A stretch of 64,000 bases of DNA from positions 8,246,001 to 8,310,000 of the forward strand of contig CM102284.1 in the NCBI GenBank assembly GCA_046563655.1, read 5' to 3'. Position numbers and translations under genes: made by a program. Under the pieces are notes generated by a model. The model was not told the origin of the DNA. It saw nothing but the letters and a program-made list of their open reading frames with translations, and ran no database searches. The stretch comes from Yuukianura sp. NJ FZ-2021 (taxonomy: Eukaryota). Positions 51,301 through 63,641 of the stretch are shown here, piece by piece; positions within the stretch are counted from its first letter, which is position 1, and every line of letters starts with the position of its first letter.

Positions 51301-54300
51301 TGCAACCAGCCCAGTTTCCCAAGATCCAAGTAAAGCTATTCAATTGCATAAGTATGATTAACATAAACGGATTAGTTGACATACAGATTGATGAGCACAT
51401 CAAACAGATCAGTCAGTGGAATTTCTTCGGACGAGAGACTGCGCGGTCGGTTCAAGTTCGGATCCATGCCAATTCTGCCCCTCCCACTTCCGAATCCACT
51501 CGGCCAATTAGCTGAACTCGGTGTCGAGTGATGGGCAGTAGCGAACATGTCTTGAGATTCACGTCGTTGTCGATCCAGCACTGCAATCATAAATTCCTCT
51601 TCGAATTCCGAATCTCCCGAGTACCGTTCATCATCATCCGGTGGCCCAACGTTTTCATAACGGTCGTCCTCCATGGACTCATCCAATTCGTCAATTAATC
51701 CTGGATTAGCATATCCATGACTGGCTGCCACTGCTTGACCTGCTGCTGGTGTCGGAAAGGAGCTGCTGGAGAGTATCACTGGTTGAAACGATGAGTTTTC
51801 TTGGTCGTCTCCAGAATCGATAAGCTCACTAGCATCCATAACGATTGCATGAATACTTCCTTCACTGTCAGAGTCGTCATCTACTAGTACCATTGACTCC
51901 GCACTTCCAGATGACATCGTTTCATCATCTTCATGAACTTCCTCCATCACACAGAACTCTCCGACTCTTGAACGATAACGACACGAACAATTCACTGGAC
52001 TAGTGGAACTGAAACAGCATCAGTTATATTCAAGTTACAAGTTTCAACTTCACAAATTAGGAGTGATAAAGTAACAATTATCTGTTCTCACAAGTTCCGA
52101 TCCAAGAGATGATAATGGCCACACACAACTCGCACTACGCAGTCAGAAATCGTTTAGAAAACGTCAATTTTACGAATTCCAACAAAGTATTCAAGTAATT
52201 GCTTATCCTTACAATCGTTCCAAACGTACAACCGACGTCCGTCTCCACAGCAACGTAACACAAAACTACAGTCAAACCCTGACCTAAGAAGATCCCAAGA
52301 TTTGAAAGACGATTCGAAGGCAAGATGGGCAGGACAAAGACGTTGACCCAAGACTACACTTGCTGAACTGGAACTTTCTGGACAAAAATTCTAGAAGACC
52401 GACGACAAAACTGACACGAAATGACAATGAGACTTCTGCAAACTAAAAGACTAAAACTGTGGACAGTTCACTGCTTGAATGATGACTTAGACTGGAGTTG
52501 TGCTTTGCCTTTTATGCTGATCGCTGTTCCCTCCTTCAAAGTCAATGCAATTCCAATTTACAAACGACAGGAATCACAGAATGAGATAAACAGATAAAGT
52601 CAACGTCAGTCAACAAAAATCTTTGGAAAAAAAAAAGAATCCTCCAATTCTAATTGGTCCAAGAAAAGAGCGGAAAATTCAAATCTTTGATTCCACCAAA
52701 AGAGCGGAAAATTCAAATCTTTGATTCCCCCAAAAGAGCGGAAAATTCAAATCTTTGATTCCAACAAAATTCAAATTTTCGAATCGAAAAAAAAACACCA
52801 GCTTTAGGATTTGAACATGCGACACAAAATTACCGCAACTAATACCGCATCGCATGTCACCCACACAAACACCTATTACCCTACACACACTTGGACATAA
52901 CACGCCAGACCAGAATCAATCAATATCCAGTCAATTTCCTTAGTTGCTTTGCAAATTAGTGCAAAACACAGCTATAAAAAGACTAACACGAACGTTGCCG
53001 TGATTTCCATAAAAAAACTGGAAAACTCTTCCTAAAAATTCAAATCCAGATAAAAAACTGCGTAGATTTGGAGCAACTACACGAACCAACGTTCTAAAAA
53101 CGTTTTAAAAATAGAAGTTAATTAGTAATTGTGGCTTACCTGCTGCTGGTACAAGCCCCCGTGGTGCTTGCTGACACTTTAGTAGTGGAAGTAGAGAGAC
53201 GCCCGGAGCGGGTATTGTTCGTCGATGCTCCGGAACTGCTGCCACTCCCACTCGCTGTACTTTTCGGTCCTCCGACACTCGAAGTGGACGCCTTTCGCTG
53301 GAGATTCTTCTCCTTTTCACTCAGAATGTGAGCACTTCGGAGAGAAGTCGGTCCGGTTCCGCCTGAGCCCGCACTTCCTCTCTTTCCTCTTGCAGAAAAC
53401 GCCGGTTTTCGCTGATTTCCGGAAGATGAGTCAGAGTTGTGATGACTCCGCAGTTGATAAGTTGTGGTTCGGAGACTCGTTGAAGAGGAGCCTGTTTCGT
53501 CCGGTTCGTCGGTGTCAGTTGTAGTTGTTGGTGGATTCGTAGAGTCTTCCGGTTCTTCGGTTGTATTTGGAGCTGTGGAGGGTGACGGTGGGGCTACGGT
53601 GGGTCCGCCTAAACTTCTTTTCCCGAATCTAAGCGGTTTCGAAGTTTTGCTTTTGGGTTTCGCAGAATTGTTTCCCGCTGCTGCTTGAGCGCTGTTGTCT
53701 CTAGCGGATTGTTTTAGTGATGCAGCAGCTGCTGCACGGCTTGCTGTTGGGCGTAGACGTGAACTGATGCTGCAAAAAAAACAACATTTTTTAATCATTT
53801 GGTTAAAAAAATTACAAATTATACGAGGCAAAACGCTTCCACTTAGCTATAAACTATACGAGGCAAAAAGCTTGCACAAACTTAACTAGTATGAACTATA
53901 CGAGACAAAAAGCTTCCACTTAAATTTAAGCAGAACCTTTTTCCCTCGTAGTAGTTTATAATTAAGTGGAACCTTTATTAGCCGCGTATAGTTTATAGTT
54001 ATATTATTATTATTCCCCTTAACTATAAATTATACGACGCAAAAAGCTTCTTTCGTTTAAACTTACTTCAAGGACGCAGGTTCCTTAGTTTCTTCTTCGG
54101 AAGTAGAAGTAGGAGCTGTGGCAGGGGGTGGAACTGCTTCAGCTGAGTTTGGATTTGTGGGTGGCTTGGGCTTAGTTTTGTTTCTGGTGGGAATTGAAGA
54201 TGCGGAGAGAGACTGGGCAGTATTTCTGGACTGTCTAGTGGAGTGTCTAGTTCCAGCAGTACTTCCACTGCCACTACTGCTACTGCTGGCTGGTAAACCA

Positions 54301-54908
54301 GCAGTTGAGGGTGGTCGTGAACTCGTCTTAGCGGATCCCGTTGACCCACCACTCACTTTCCTGTCCTTGGCGTGGGCCCTTGAAGGGCCAGGAGCGTCTC
54401 CGCTAGAACTTGACGCCTTCTTCCCTCGATCCGTCTTTCTGCTTTCTCTGTCTTCTTCACTCTCGTCGCTCGATGGGGAGGGCAATCGCTCAGTATGAGA
54501 CTTCCGCTTCCGAAGTTCCCGCGTTGACCCCGACTTTTCAGCTCCTGAACTTTGACCTTTCCCTTTTGTTATGCTAACTCTTGGCGTTTGCTCTTCTTCT
54601 TCTTCTGGCTCAACTCGTCGACTTTTCCGCTTTGAACTTTTGCTTTCACGTCTACAAAACCAAACAAAAAAAAGTTAGGAAATGTCACGAACGACTTAAA
54701 AAATGTTGAAAATGCTTCTGGAAATGCTGCTGGAAGTGCTGGATACTTACGAACTCTTGCGTTTGAGAGGTAGTGGGATACGGGATGGTTGTGCTTGATG
54801 CTGCGTAGTGCTGGAACTGCTCCTGGCAACAGGCGTTCTCCTTTGTCTCGAGGTTCTGGGTGACTTCCCAGCGCCTTTGGAGGAGTTGGCATCAACGTGG
54901 TCGGCCAT
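42331..54908 (-). CDS. TRIP12: E3 ubiquitin ligase TRIP12/ctrip (Ufd4 family): ARM repeats, WWE domain, HECT domain
   Basis: About 20 exons: 54908-54751, 54651-54067, 53769-53140, 52008-51385, 49396-49032, 48953-48514, 48261-48100, 48009-47887, 47788-45821, 45741-45553, 45478-45269, 45187-45064, 44952-44907, 44837-44473, 44389-44148, 44060-43488, 43403-43077, 42999-42856, 42784-42607, 42524-42331. Motifs [28 protein letters not shown] (WWE), [13 protein letters not shown] and [16 protein letters not shown]...SFHLS. Confidence 0.96.
48345..48475. repeat. 21-bp intronic tandem repeat (CAAAAATACGTTTTTCCATCA), about 6 copies
   Basis: Visible direct repeats that give a spurious FCDGKTY peptide. 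Confidence 0.85.
50253..50889. mobile_element. MITE with long TIRs, GG termini and an 8-bp TSD (Merlin-like or Mutator-like)
   Basis: TIRs GGTTGAGGTAAGGTTTAACGATCGTCATTGTAGCCGCACAGTGTAGCCGCC... extend ~180 bp with mismatches. TSD CATTTCCC lies at 50245-50252 and 50890-50897. Confidence 0.9.
52662..52770. repeat. ~34-bp tandem repeat AAAGAGCGGAAAATTCAAATCTTTGATTCC, 3 copies
   Basis: Three visible direct copies in a TRIP12 intron. Confidence 0.88.
53815..54050. repeat. Array of ~37-bp units (TATACGAGGCAAAAAGCTTCCACTTA) in both orientations
   Basis: Three forward copies, two inverted degenerate copies and one more forward copy within a TRIP12 intron. Confidence 0.7.
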
Positions 54909-57163
54909 CAACCTTTGACTCCGCAGAGAGCATGCCACCCACCAACAGTCTTAGTCCACTCTACGTCTTCAAGCACACAGTTCTCACGCGTAACTTTTTA
55001 ACTACTTCTGAAAATAACAACAAATCAATCATTAACCTTCAAAAACTAATCTCGTTCAAGTCAATTAACTAAAACTACTTATTAAAATCTAACAAAATGA
55101 CTTTCACACTTTCTTCCAGAAATTCCTGGATCAAAGGCAGTCTACGGCCCATTACCACTCCCGAATTTAAAATTCAGGAAACTTTTTACGCTTTCCAAAG
55201 TGTTTAGCAAGCAGAATCTCCCTTTCCGCCTCATTTACTTGCCTATTCTTTTGTTTTCCTCCGAAAATCTACTTCTTCTTTCACTCTTTTCAAAAAAAAA
55301 AAAAAACCGAAGAAAAAAAGAATAGACTGACTCAAAAGCGCCCCCTCATCTTCTGCATCGTCCGAAATCCCCGAAAAAGCTCAGACAGCTGTGTCCGAGG
55401 TGTCAGAAATTCGGACACTAAGCTGCTAAAACTTTTCAAAATTGAAAACGAAATCTCTCATCTTTCAAAATTTTTTTAAAATTTTGAACCGAAAGCAGCT
55501 TAAAAAATCGGGGCGTTGTTGCCAACAAATTATTGCGAAATCAAAACTCACCACTTCCGGAACTAAGAAACAGAGCCAAAATAGGTCAAGGCTCCACTAC
55601 TCTCCTTTTGAACTGGACAATGTCAATACAGTAAAAATCGGAATGTAGTGTGTAATTTACATGTAAACACCTTCAGCCACTGACACCACTTCAGAAATAC
55701 ATGTAACACATAACTTTTCACAGAATTTACACAAAAAAGAACAGTTTATCAACTTTGTGTATACTTTTTTGAAAGCAAAGAACGAAAGTTGAAACTGTTT
55801 TTGTAAAAACTGTTCAGTCAAGGCACAAAAACCCAGTTTAAACATGAGATTCAAATAAAGTCTGACAGTATTTAACAGAACACACTTGTTCAAATGTTCC
55901 AGTTTGTGAAATACACTATGCAACTGAGGAAATGTACATAAGTACATAGTATGCTGCAACTTCCAGGCCCTTCTTCGTGCCTTTTCGCATGGTCTCTGTG
56001 TGGTTTTTAGACTCAAGAAGGACTAAAGGAGAAATGTACAAAAATCGATTTATGTTAAACCTTGGCAGGGAACAGAACGGGAGGACTCACTATTACACAA
56101 AACCCACAGAACCATAGCCACTATGCACTCTAGTACTACAGCCCAATCCCAGGAAATACAAATTGGAATTCTCCGAAAAAAACATCAAGGAGAAGCAGAG
56201 GAGCCAAGTTGCAAAAATAAGAACCAGTCTTTATAAGTGGGAGCTTAAAATGGTCTAAAAAGAAAAACCGAAGGCTAGAATCCCAAATACTTTGTACCTT
56301 GTGCGGAGGTTGATCAAACAATTTGGATTTATGGTTTCAAAAAAGAACGTTTTTTGAGAGCAACTAAAATCCGAGATACTCCCTAATCTGAGTAAACACA
56401 AAACATGATCTTGAGCTAAATATGAAACATGATCCTCTTCATCCTAAACATTTTCTGATCCTGATGCATGTTTTTAAAATTTCAAGCCTGATTCTCCTGT
56501 ATATTTTCAAAATTTCACATCGTGTTTTGTATTTTAAATTTCAACTTGGAGCGTTAGCGTTATAGGACGGAATTTGGTTTGCGTTTGATGATAAAATCCT
56601 CGTAGGAAGTTTGACCTCGTCTGATCAAAGTTAAAACCGTGGAATTTCCTGTGGTTTGATTACAACTCTCACTCCGTTGTTTGTAATTTGTGTGACAGAC
56701 TATGTCAAGAACTGAAGATGATATGAAACTAATGAGTCGTCTATCATCAATGTTCAACGGAGACTGCGACCAACATCTGAAACTAAATCAAAAATCAGCA
56801 ACCAACTTAACATCCTATGTAACTGTATGGATATGGAATGGAAATTTTTGAGAATACGGCTGCTCTTGCTCTTGGTATCCATTACTCCGTCCGACTTCCC
56901 TTCACTTTTCCTCCCATCTCAACCCCACATAAACCATCGCAACTCACGACTTTCTCGCAGTGATTTTTGGAGTAGAGGGTAGGATCGTAGTTTGTGGCCA
57001 ATTTAGTTTTAGCCCTCCGAAAAAAGAGTCCTTCAGATATGGCAAACGTAGAGAATGTCAGATAACAAACTACCGACAAAATTTCAACAGTAAAAACGTC
57101 AATAAAACGACAAAAACTGACGTACCGTTTTTCGAAGGGCTAACAATATATAGGCCGACTATA

Positions 57164-57690
57164 CTATCCTACCCTCTACTCTTTGCGCAAATAAAATTTG
57201 TGCACTAATTTTCCAACGTCCGAAATTTTTTCAAAGTATAGAGTTTATGCAATCAGACAACCTTTAAAATGACCTCTACGAAAGTTCTTCAGCTCGATGA
57301 GAAAATTATTTTTTGTTCTGTGACTTTGAAGGTAAAACGAAAAAGAAATTTTTTTCATACTTGTTGCTTAAACGATCGTTTTCATAATCCCGATGATCTC
57401 CGTGACACGAAAATGTCAGAAAATCATTCTTCTAGCATACAACTTGTTCGTTTAGACGTATTATTGGTGAATTCGTTAAAAAATATGAAAAGTTTCTTTT
57501 TTGGTTTGACCTTCAAATTGACCTATGACCCCTAATAACGGTCACAGGTTCATAGGTCACATTACAAAAAATAATCCTCCAATCGAGCTTAACAACTTTT
57601 GTAGAGGTCATTTTAAAGGTTGTCTAAAAGCATCAACTGTGTAGTTTGAAAACTTTCTGGAGTTAGAAAATCTTTGAGAAAGTGGGGCAG
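57164..57690. mobile_element. Old palindromic MITE, possibly Tc1/mariner type
   Basis: Long degenerate inverted arms, for example AGACAACCTTTAAAATGACCTCTAC (57255-57279) against its reverse complement at 57601-57625. TA flanks are possible; the ends are approximate. Confidence 0.7.
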
Positions 57691-58539
57691 TACGGGTTGG
57701 TGCAACTAATTAATAATCGCTGTAAAGTTTGTGCCACTCGATGAGAAATTACAACATTAAAGAACATGCATCAATATAATGTCCCTCATACTTCGCGTTT
57801 TGCTACAAATGCCCCCGCTCAAAAAAGAAGATTCTTCTTTTTTCCTATCTCCTCTGCATTGGAGGTGAGAGAGAGGGAACCCGTCCCAACCTAGTTTGAG
57901 TGAGAGCGAGTGAACGAAAACTTGGTTGGGTCTCCTAACAAGGTATCCATTAATCGACTTTCCAATCGATCCAATCAAATACATCATACCACGTTCCTAT
58001 TCTAATTCTAAACTTCAGCCTTGCGGTTTGCTCCTAATTTTAACTTCATATGAACAAGAATGAACAAAATCAGGGAATTCATGACATAACGAAAACGATT
58101 AATCGGTAGTGCGTAGGCGGTATAACCTAGAGTGGTCATTTCCTATCGTTCGTTTCAATTTCGTTTTCGGAGACATTGCATTTGAGATAGATCAGTTAAC
58201 TTGCTCCTCTACCCTTGAAGTTAGTCTTACGTTAAGATTAGGTTAGGTTACCTCACGATTCACGAACAAAGATGGATGGGTGATGGAGGTTGTTGGTTGA
58301 CCCCGATTGATGACGAGACGTGGTCCAGCTGACTTTGATGTTAACTAACTGATCAATTAATCGATTACCTCAGAATTTAGAGATGCTGATTAACTCCTGT
58401 GACTTCTGAACTTCCTTTGTGGATAAAGAATGGAGACAACTGAGACAAGGCAAGGGGCCAAGTCGTCGAAGAGTCGACAAGTAAACACCAACACATGAAA
58501 TGGCAAGAGAGTACGGAAGAGCAAAAGTCGACTCTGCCA

Positions 58540-59454
58540 CATAGATGGGAGTCCTCAATGAGTAACTCCTCATTTCCTCAATCCTCAATGAAATTTCAAT
58601 CCTCAAAACCTCTTTCCTCAATCCTCAACGGGATTTCAGTCCTCAAAAACTCATTCCTCAATCCTCTTTGAAAAATCAGTCCTCAAATATTCAAACTTCA
58701 ATCCTCACCTGAACTTCAGTCCTCAAAAACTCATTCCTCAATCCTCATTCTGAACATTTCCCAGAAACTCGGTAGGATTCCAGTGTAAGGATGTTAAATG
58801 GCAAAAGTTTGGTTATATACTACAGTTAAATAATGTAGTATTTAGTTAGTGTTTAACTCTGGATCTACATAAATCTTTTCAACTACGATAATAATGTCAG
58901 CACAAGTATTGACTTTCAAAAACAATCGCGCTTGTTAATTAACAGTCGAGTTCAGGACATGCTGACGAACCATTAATACGTTTTCGAACAATTCAATTGT
59001 AATTCTAGACCGTCTAGATCTTGGCAAAGTACGAGCAATGGAAAAAAGACACTCAATAAGTCCAGCTGTGGCAGGGTGATAAAGTATGCAAAGGAAAATT
59101 TGATCAAAAATGAATTTGAAACAGCCGCGGTTGTTGTTTTCCTACATTTCTACATTTTATCGTCTCAAGTCGCAATTTTACTTCGCCTCGGCGAAGATAA
59201 ATAAAAAAGAGTATTGATCTTTTCCTCAATCCTCACGGCCAACTCAAGCCTCAAATCTTCAAAACTCATTCCTCATCCAACTTTCAATCCTCAAATACTC
59301 TTTCCTCAATCCTCACTGAAATATCAGTCCTCAAAAACTCATTCCTCAATCCTCTTTCAAGTTTCAGTCCTCAATTCCTCAAACTTCAATTTCTTAAAAA
59401 AAAGCTGTCCTCTTGAGGATTCCTCAAAGAGGACAGTGAGGACTCCCATCTATG
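58540..59454. mobile_element. Non-autonomous DNA transposon with CATAG termini (P-element-like or hAT-like)
   Basis: TIRs CATAGATGGGAGTCCTCA / TGAGGACTCCCATCTATG, a perfect 8-bp TSD CTCTGCCA (58532-58539, 59455-59462) and many internal TCCTCAA subrepeats. Confidence 0.88.
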
Positions 59455-60243
59455 CTCTGCCATACGCATTCCAGTCGTTCTAACACACACTCCACACACA
59501 CGTCACCCAATCGCATATGGGCACACCAGTACATTATCCTTACTCCTTACATCATTGCATTATGTAAGTTATGTAATAATTACATAACTGAATAATTGCA
59601 TAATGTAAGTTAATTATTAACTTATCCTAGTCCTAAATGCGGCTTAAATCAGTGTCAATCACCTAAACCCTGCTGGCCTCCACTCACATAACTTCCTGAC
59701 TGTGCTTACATAATTTCCGGACCGCCCCTAACATAACTTACATGAAACTGACTTTTACTTATGTAGTATGTCGTAATGAAAACGACAGTTTATCGGTTTT
59801 CAACGGATGATGTAATCTGAACCAAACAAGAACAAATTGTGAAAAGAGTTACATAATTTTTTAAATCTTGTTACATTAAAATTAAATCAAGTTATGTAAG
59901 GTTATGTTAAGACGTTTAGCAGTTACTGTAAACGATAAACAACTGGATATGATGATCACTGTTACGTTAAAGACTTTAAAGCATACAGTATTGGTAAGGG
60001 ACAATTCTAATCGGTTCATCCAAAATGAAAAGCTCCTGTGATACTTTTAACTTAATTGACTTTTAAAATTAAACATGGAAAGGAACAGTTGTTAAATTAC
60101 GTATTTGCAATATGTAAGTTGTGCGTTGTGCGGATGTTTGTTAGTTAAGAAGGCAATTTCGATCATGTACAACTAATTACTGGACGAATGTCACTTTAAA
60201 CTGGATTCCTCAACTTCGACTGACGAAGGTGACATGTCAATTG

Positions 60244-61865
60244 TTAAAAATAGTGTTGTTGGCCAATGAACTCAATTAGTTGTGGTGGCAGAGGGAGTTT
60301 GGGAATCAAGTCCAGTCGAGTGTATTGGTACAGGACGAAACTGCTCAGGAATTGGAGCGATTTGACCTGAATTCAAAACAAGATCGGTCAGATTTAGCAA
60401 AACTTGACCTTTAGAACTTTAAAATACTTGACATAAACTTACTTCTGTAAATCTTGACACTGGTTTGGTGAGCCTCACTGGATAAGACCATGATGGTCCA
60501 CTGGCTCGGGTTGACTTTGAGTAGCAGTAGATTCCTTGCTCTGAATTTCGGATCCAGTGTTCAACCAATTCCGCTACTGACGAAAACGCTTCTGTTTCGG
60601 ACGTCAGAAAACAAAACTTGCCATCCACATAATCAATCCGAGTGTGTTTCGTCTTTCCTTTGCTGCAATTTGAATTAAAAACTAAAGTCGAAACTGAATT
60701 TCTATCTTTCTGATTTTTTGAATTACGAACCTGTTAAAGCTGAGACTGAGAATGTGGACGCTTGAGGACGAGTCACGAACAATGAAAGCACCGTCAGGTT
60801 CGTTTTTCAGTTTCTCTTCTGCTTCTTCCTTCGACAGTCCGCCCCAGTACCATCCGTAGTGAATGAGGTCAAACAGTTCCTTAGCAAGACCTTTGAGCTT
60901 ATTTGGCTCCGACGGTGACCTCGACGACGGCGTCGCTGGGCTGGATATTGTCGATGTCGTGGATGGAAGAGCAATGGCCAGTGACGAGCATGGCATAGGT
61001 GACGGGCTGGTTGGAGGCGACAAAGCGATGGTCGGAGTTTGGTCCATGACATCTCGAGGTGACGGCGACATTGAAAGTTGGCAGGGAGTGGTGCTAGTGT
61101 CGTGATTTGTTATGACAAAGCAACTTGTGGCTGATGTTATGCGTCCCGCTGAACTCTCCCGGCCATAATTTCTGTCACGACATCCGAGAGGTGATGAAAA
61201 CGAATCATCTTCGGCATATCCAGTGCCAGATCCTCCGACATAAGGTAAGTTGTCCACACTGTGGGCACCATCAAGATAATGTTGACAATTCGAAGTTCCC
61301 GAACTCACTCGGCCACCATTCTTCACCGAGATGAATGGACCTGTAATTGTTAAGTGTTAAAAACTGAACACTTGTAAGATTAATTGATTTCTTTTAATTT
61401 ACCGAAATCCGTAGACTCAATGCTTTTACTAGGACGGTCCCGCCTTTTTCGGAACTTTGATCTGATTGTATAGAAGAGCCGAACTGCTGGGTTCTTCGAT
61501 GGTCCTGGACGGGAGTTGACTATAGTCGTTGAACATTGACCTGGAGTCACTTCAGTTGAAGACAATCCGTACATACTAACTGAATTAGTTGCATGAAAAT
61601 GTCCTTCTGGTGCTGACATGAATGAAGTTGACCCCTGACGAGAACAGGGTTCCACCAGGTCAAAGAGGGACACGGACATGGGCTGACTGCCACTGGACCC
61701 CTTGGAACTTTTCCGGTGGTTGTCAAACGTATTTGGTTGATATTGATTGGTGGTTTGATTTGAGGTGGATGAGGACCCTTGACCTTGGTTGAGGTTCCGT
61801 GTTGAGCTTAAAAAGTCCTTCAAATTACGTAACTTCGCCGTCGCATTCCTCAGCTTGCGTTCCAT
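60244..61865 (-). CDS. Suppressor of cytokine signalling, SOCS6-like (SH2 domain plus SOCS box)
   Basis: Exons 61865-61403, 61340-60731, 60662-60443, 60366-60244. SH2 motif YGWYWGGLSKEEAEEKL...GAFIVRDSS, then YPVRLTKPVSRF and the SOCS box VKSLQFLSSFVLYQYTRLDLIPKLPLP. Confidence 0.92.
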
Positions 61866-62595
61866 TTTTTCTGAAGAGATTGTCGCAGCAGCACAGGGTC
61901 TTTCAAATCCTATCAAACGGCTGGGCCTTGCAGATGACTTCGGTTACCGAGACCTATACACCAATGACATCGAAAAGTTCGTTAATTGATGCTGATGGAA
62001 AAAGAAGTAAGCGTTAATCGATTGATACCTCAGTAAAAACGTTTGGAAGATTTGACGATGAAGTGAAGTTGCTGCTGGTTCCAGTTGAAGTGTCGTAGCT
62101 TTCGTATCTTCTGGAATTCCGGCAATCCATCCAACGGTTAATCAACACCTGGAAACTGGAAACTTAATTAATCAGATGATGATTTAATTGCAATTTCAAA
62201 ATTAATGTGTCCTTATAATATTTGAATCAAAATGAAAACAAATCAAATTCAAAATGAAGTCATCACACACACACCCGCCACCCACAACAGAGCTGGGTAA
62301 ATTTAAAAAATAATTATAATATTTTTTTTAATTAATTATTTACGACCAGTAAAAAGTTAATAATTTTTTTATCTGGACGCAACGTTATTCAGTAAGTTTT
62401 TGATTTTTCACAATTTTGAAATACAGTTTCCATGTTAAAATTTTTTCTCGGTGTTGAAAATGCTCTAAACAGCTTGATGTATTTTTTTCCCTAAAACCTG
62501 TAGGTTACCTTTGACCTTTTGAAATTTTCAAGTCTGCAGTTGACCTTTTGAAATTTTGAGGACGTTTTGGAAATTGTTTTTGAAAATCTTTGGAA

Positions 62596-63641
62596 ATGGC
62601 TCAAGCAGCTCCTCGATCAGTGACGATTAGTCGTGCTGAACCAACAGTTGTAGGAAATACTCCAAGAGTTGAAGTGCCCGTGACAGAAGATGCAGAGGTC
62701 ACTGACCCAAATCACATTGAGGTTGACCTGGAAGGTCAGAGTGACGATGACCAAAACCTCAACACACGACCACCCTATGTGCCCAGACCCTGTCCATGCG
62801 CAATGGACAGAGCAGTCTACTTCCTCGGTGGAACTGAACTCGTAATGCCTGCTTCAGCATGACCTTTGATCTTTGACCTTTGACCTTTGACCTTTCAGGT
62901 TGTTTACTTGAGTTTAATCGGAGTCTACACTTCGATGTACAACAGTTACACGGATTCCTCAACCATTAATCGATTCCAGTCACTTATACCCCGAGGGGGA
63001 GGAGGGCAGATTGAGAAGGAACTCATTCACACTAGTGTAACCAATGCCTACATTGGTAATTCCAAAAAAAAATGAAATGAATTTTTGGAAACTTTTTCAA
63101 CATTTTTGGTCTTAGCTAAACTTTGCATGTTCCATTTGATGCTGTGTTGGATCCATGTTCTCTGTTCAATTCTGCTGGTCATCGGAGCGGCTCGGGTACT
63201 TGCAAAATTTCAAAACTCTTTAACATGAAATCTCCAAATCTTTAAATATTTTCGAAAAAGTCATTATTTTTTCGTTTTTGGCAGCGAAATGCATTCATCT
63301 GTGGGATTTGGATGGTGGGCGTGAGTGGGATCGTGTTGATGAGGATTATCCTGATGTGCTTGATGCCAATTCGCGTGTTCGTCCACTCCTGGAGCTTCAT
63401 TTGGGTTGTGGTTGAGGTGTACTACTTGTATGTAACTGGCTGTTTCATTGTGGAGGTCAAAGCGTACCCCAAGGGCTATGTCTACAACAGTCGCCAGAGG
63501 TCAAAGTCTGAAGAGTTCTCAGAGTCAGAGATGAGGATGGTTCCAATAGAGGTCAAGCAGGGTCGAGGCTCAAAGGACCAAAAAACTCAAGGATTCCAGC
63601 AAATCAATCGCAGAACTGTCTACTACGAACCACTAGCATAA
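62596..63641 (+). CDS. Uncharacterised multi-pass (about 4 TM) membrane protein, arthropod DUF4728-like architecture
   Basis: Exons 62596-62841, 62899-63055, 63116-63195, 63285-63641 are in phase. Hydrophobic segments include CSILLVIGAARRNAFICGIWM. The family assignment is tentative. Confidence 0.7.

Noticed and set aside
55657..56400. ORFs upstream of TRIP12 (55657..56016, 56136..56321)
   Set aside because: No recognisable domain, no ATG start and no convincing splice structure.
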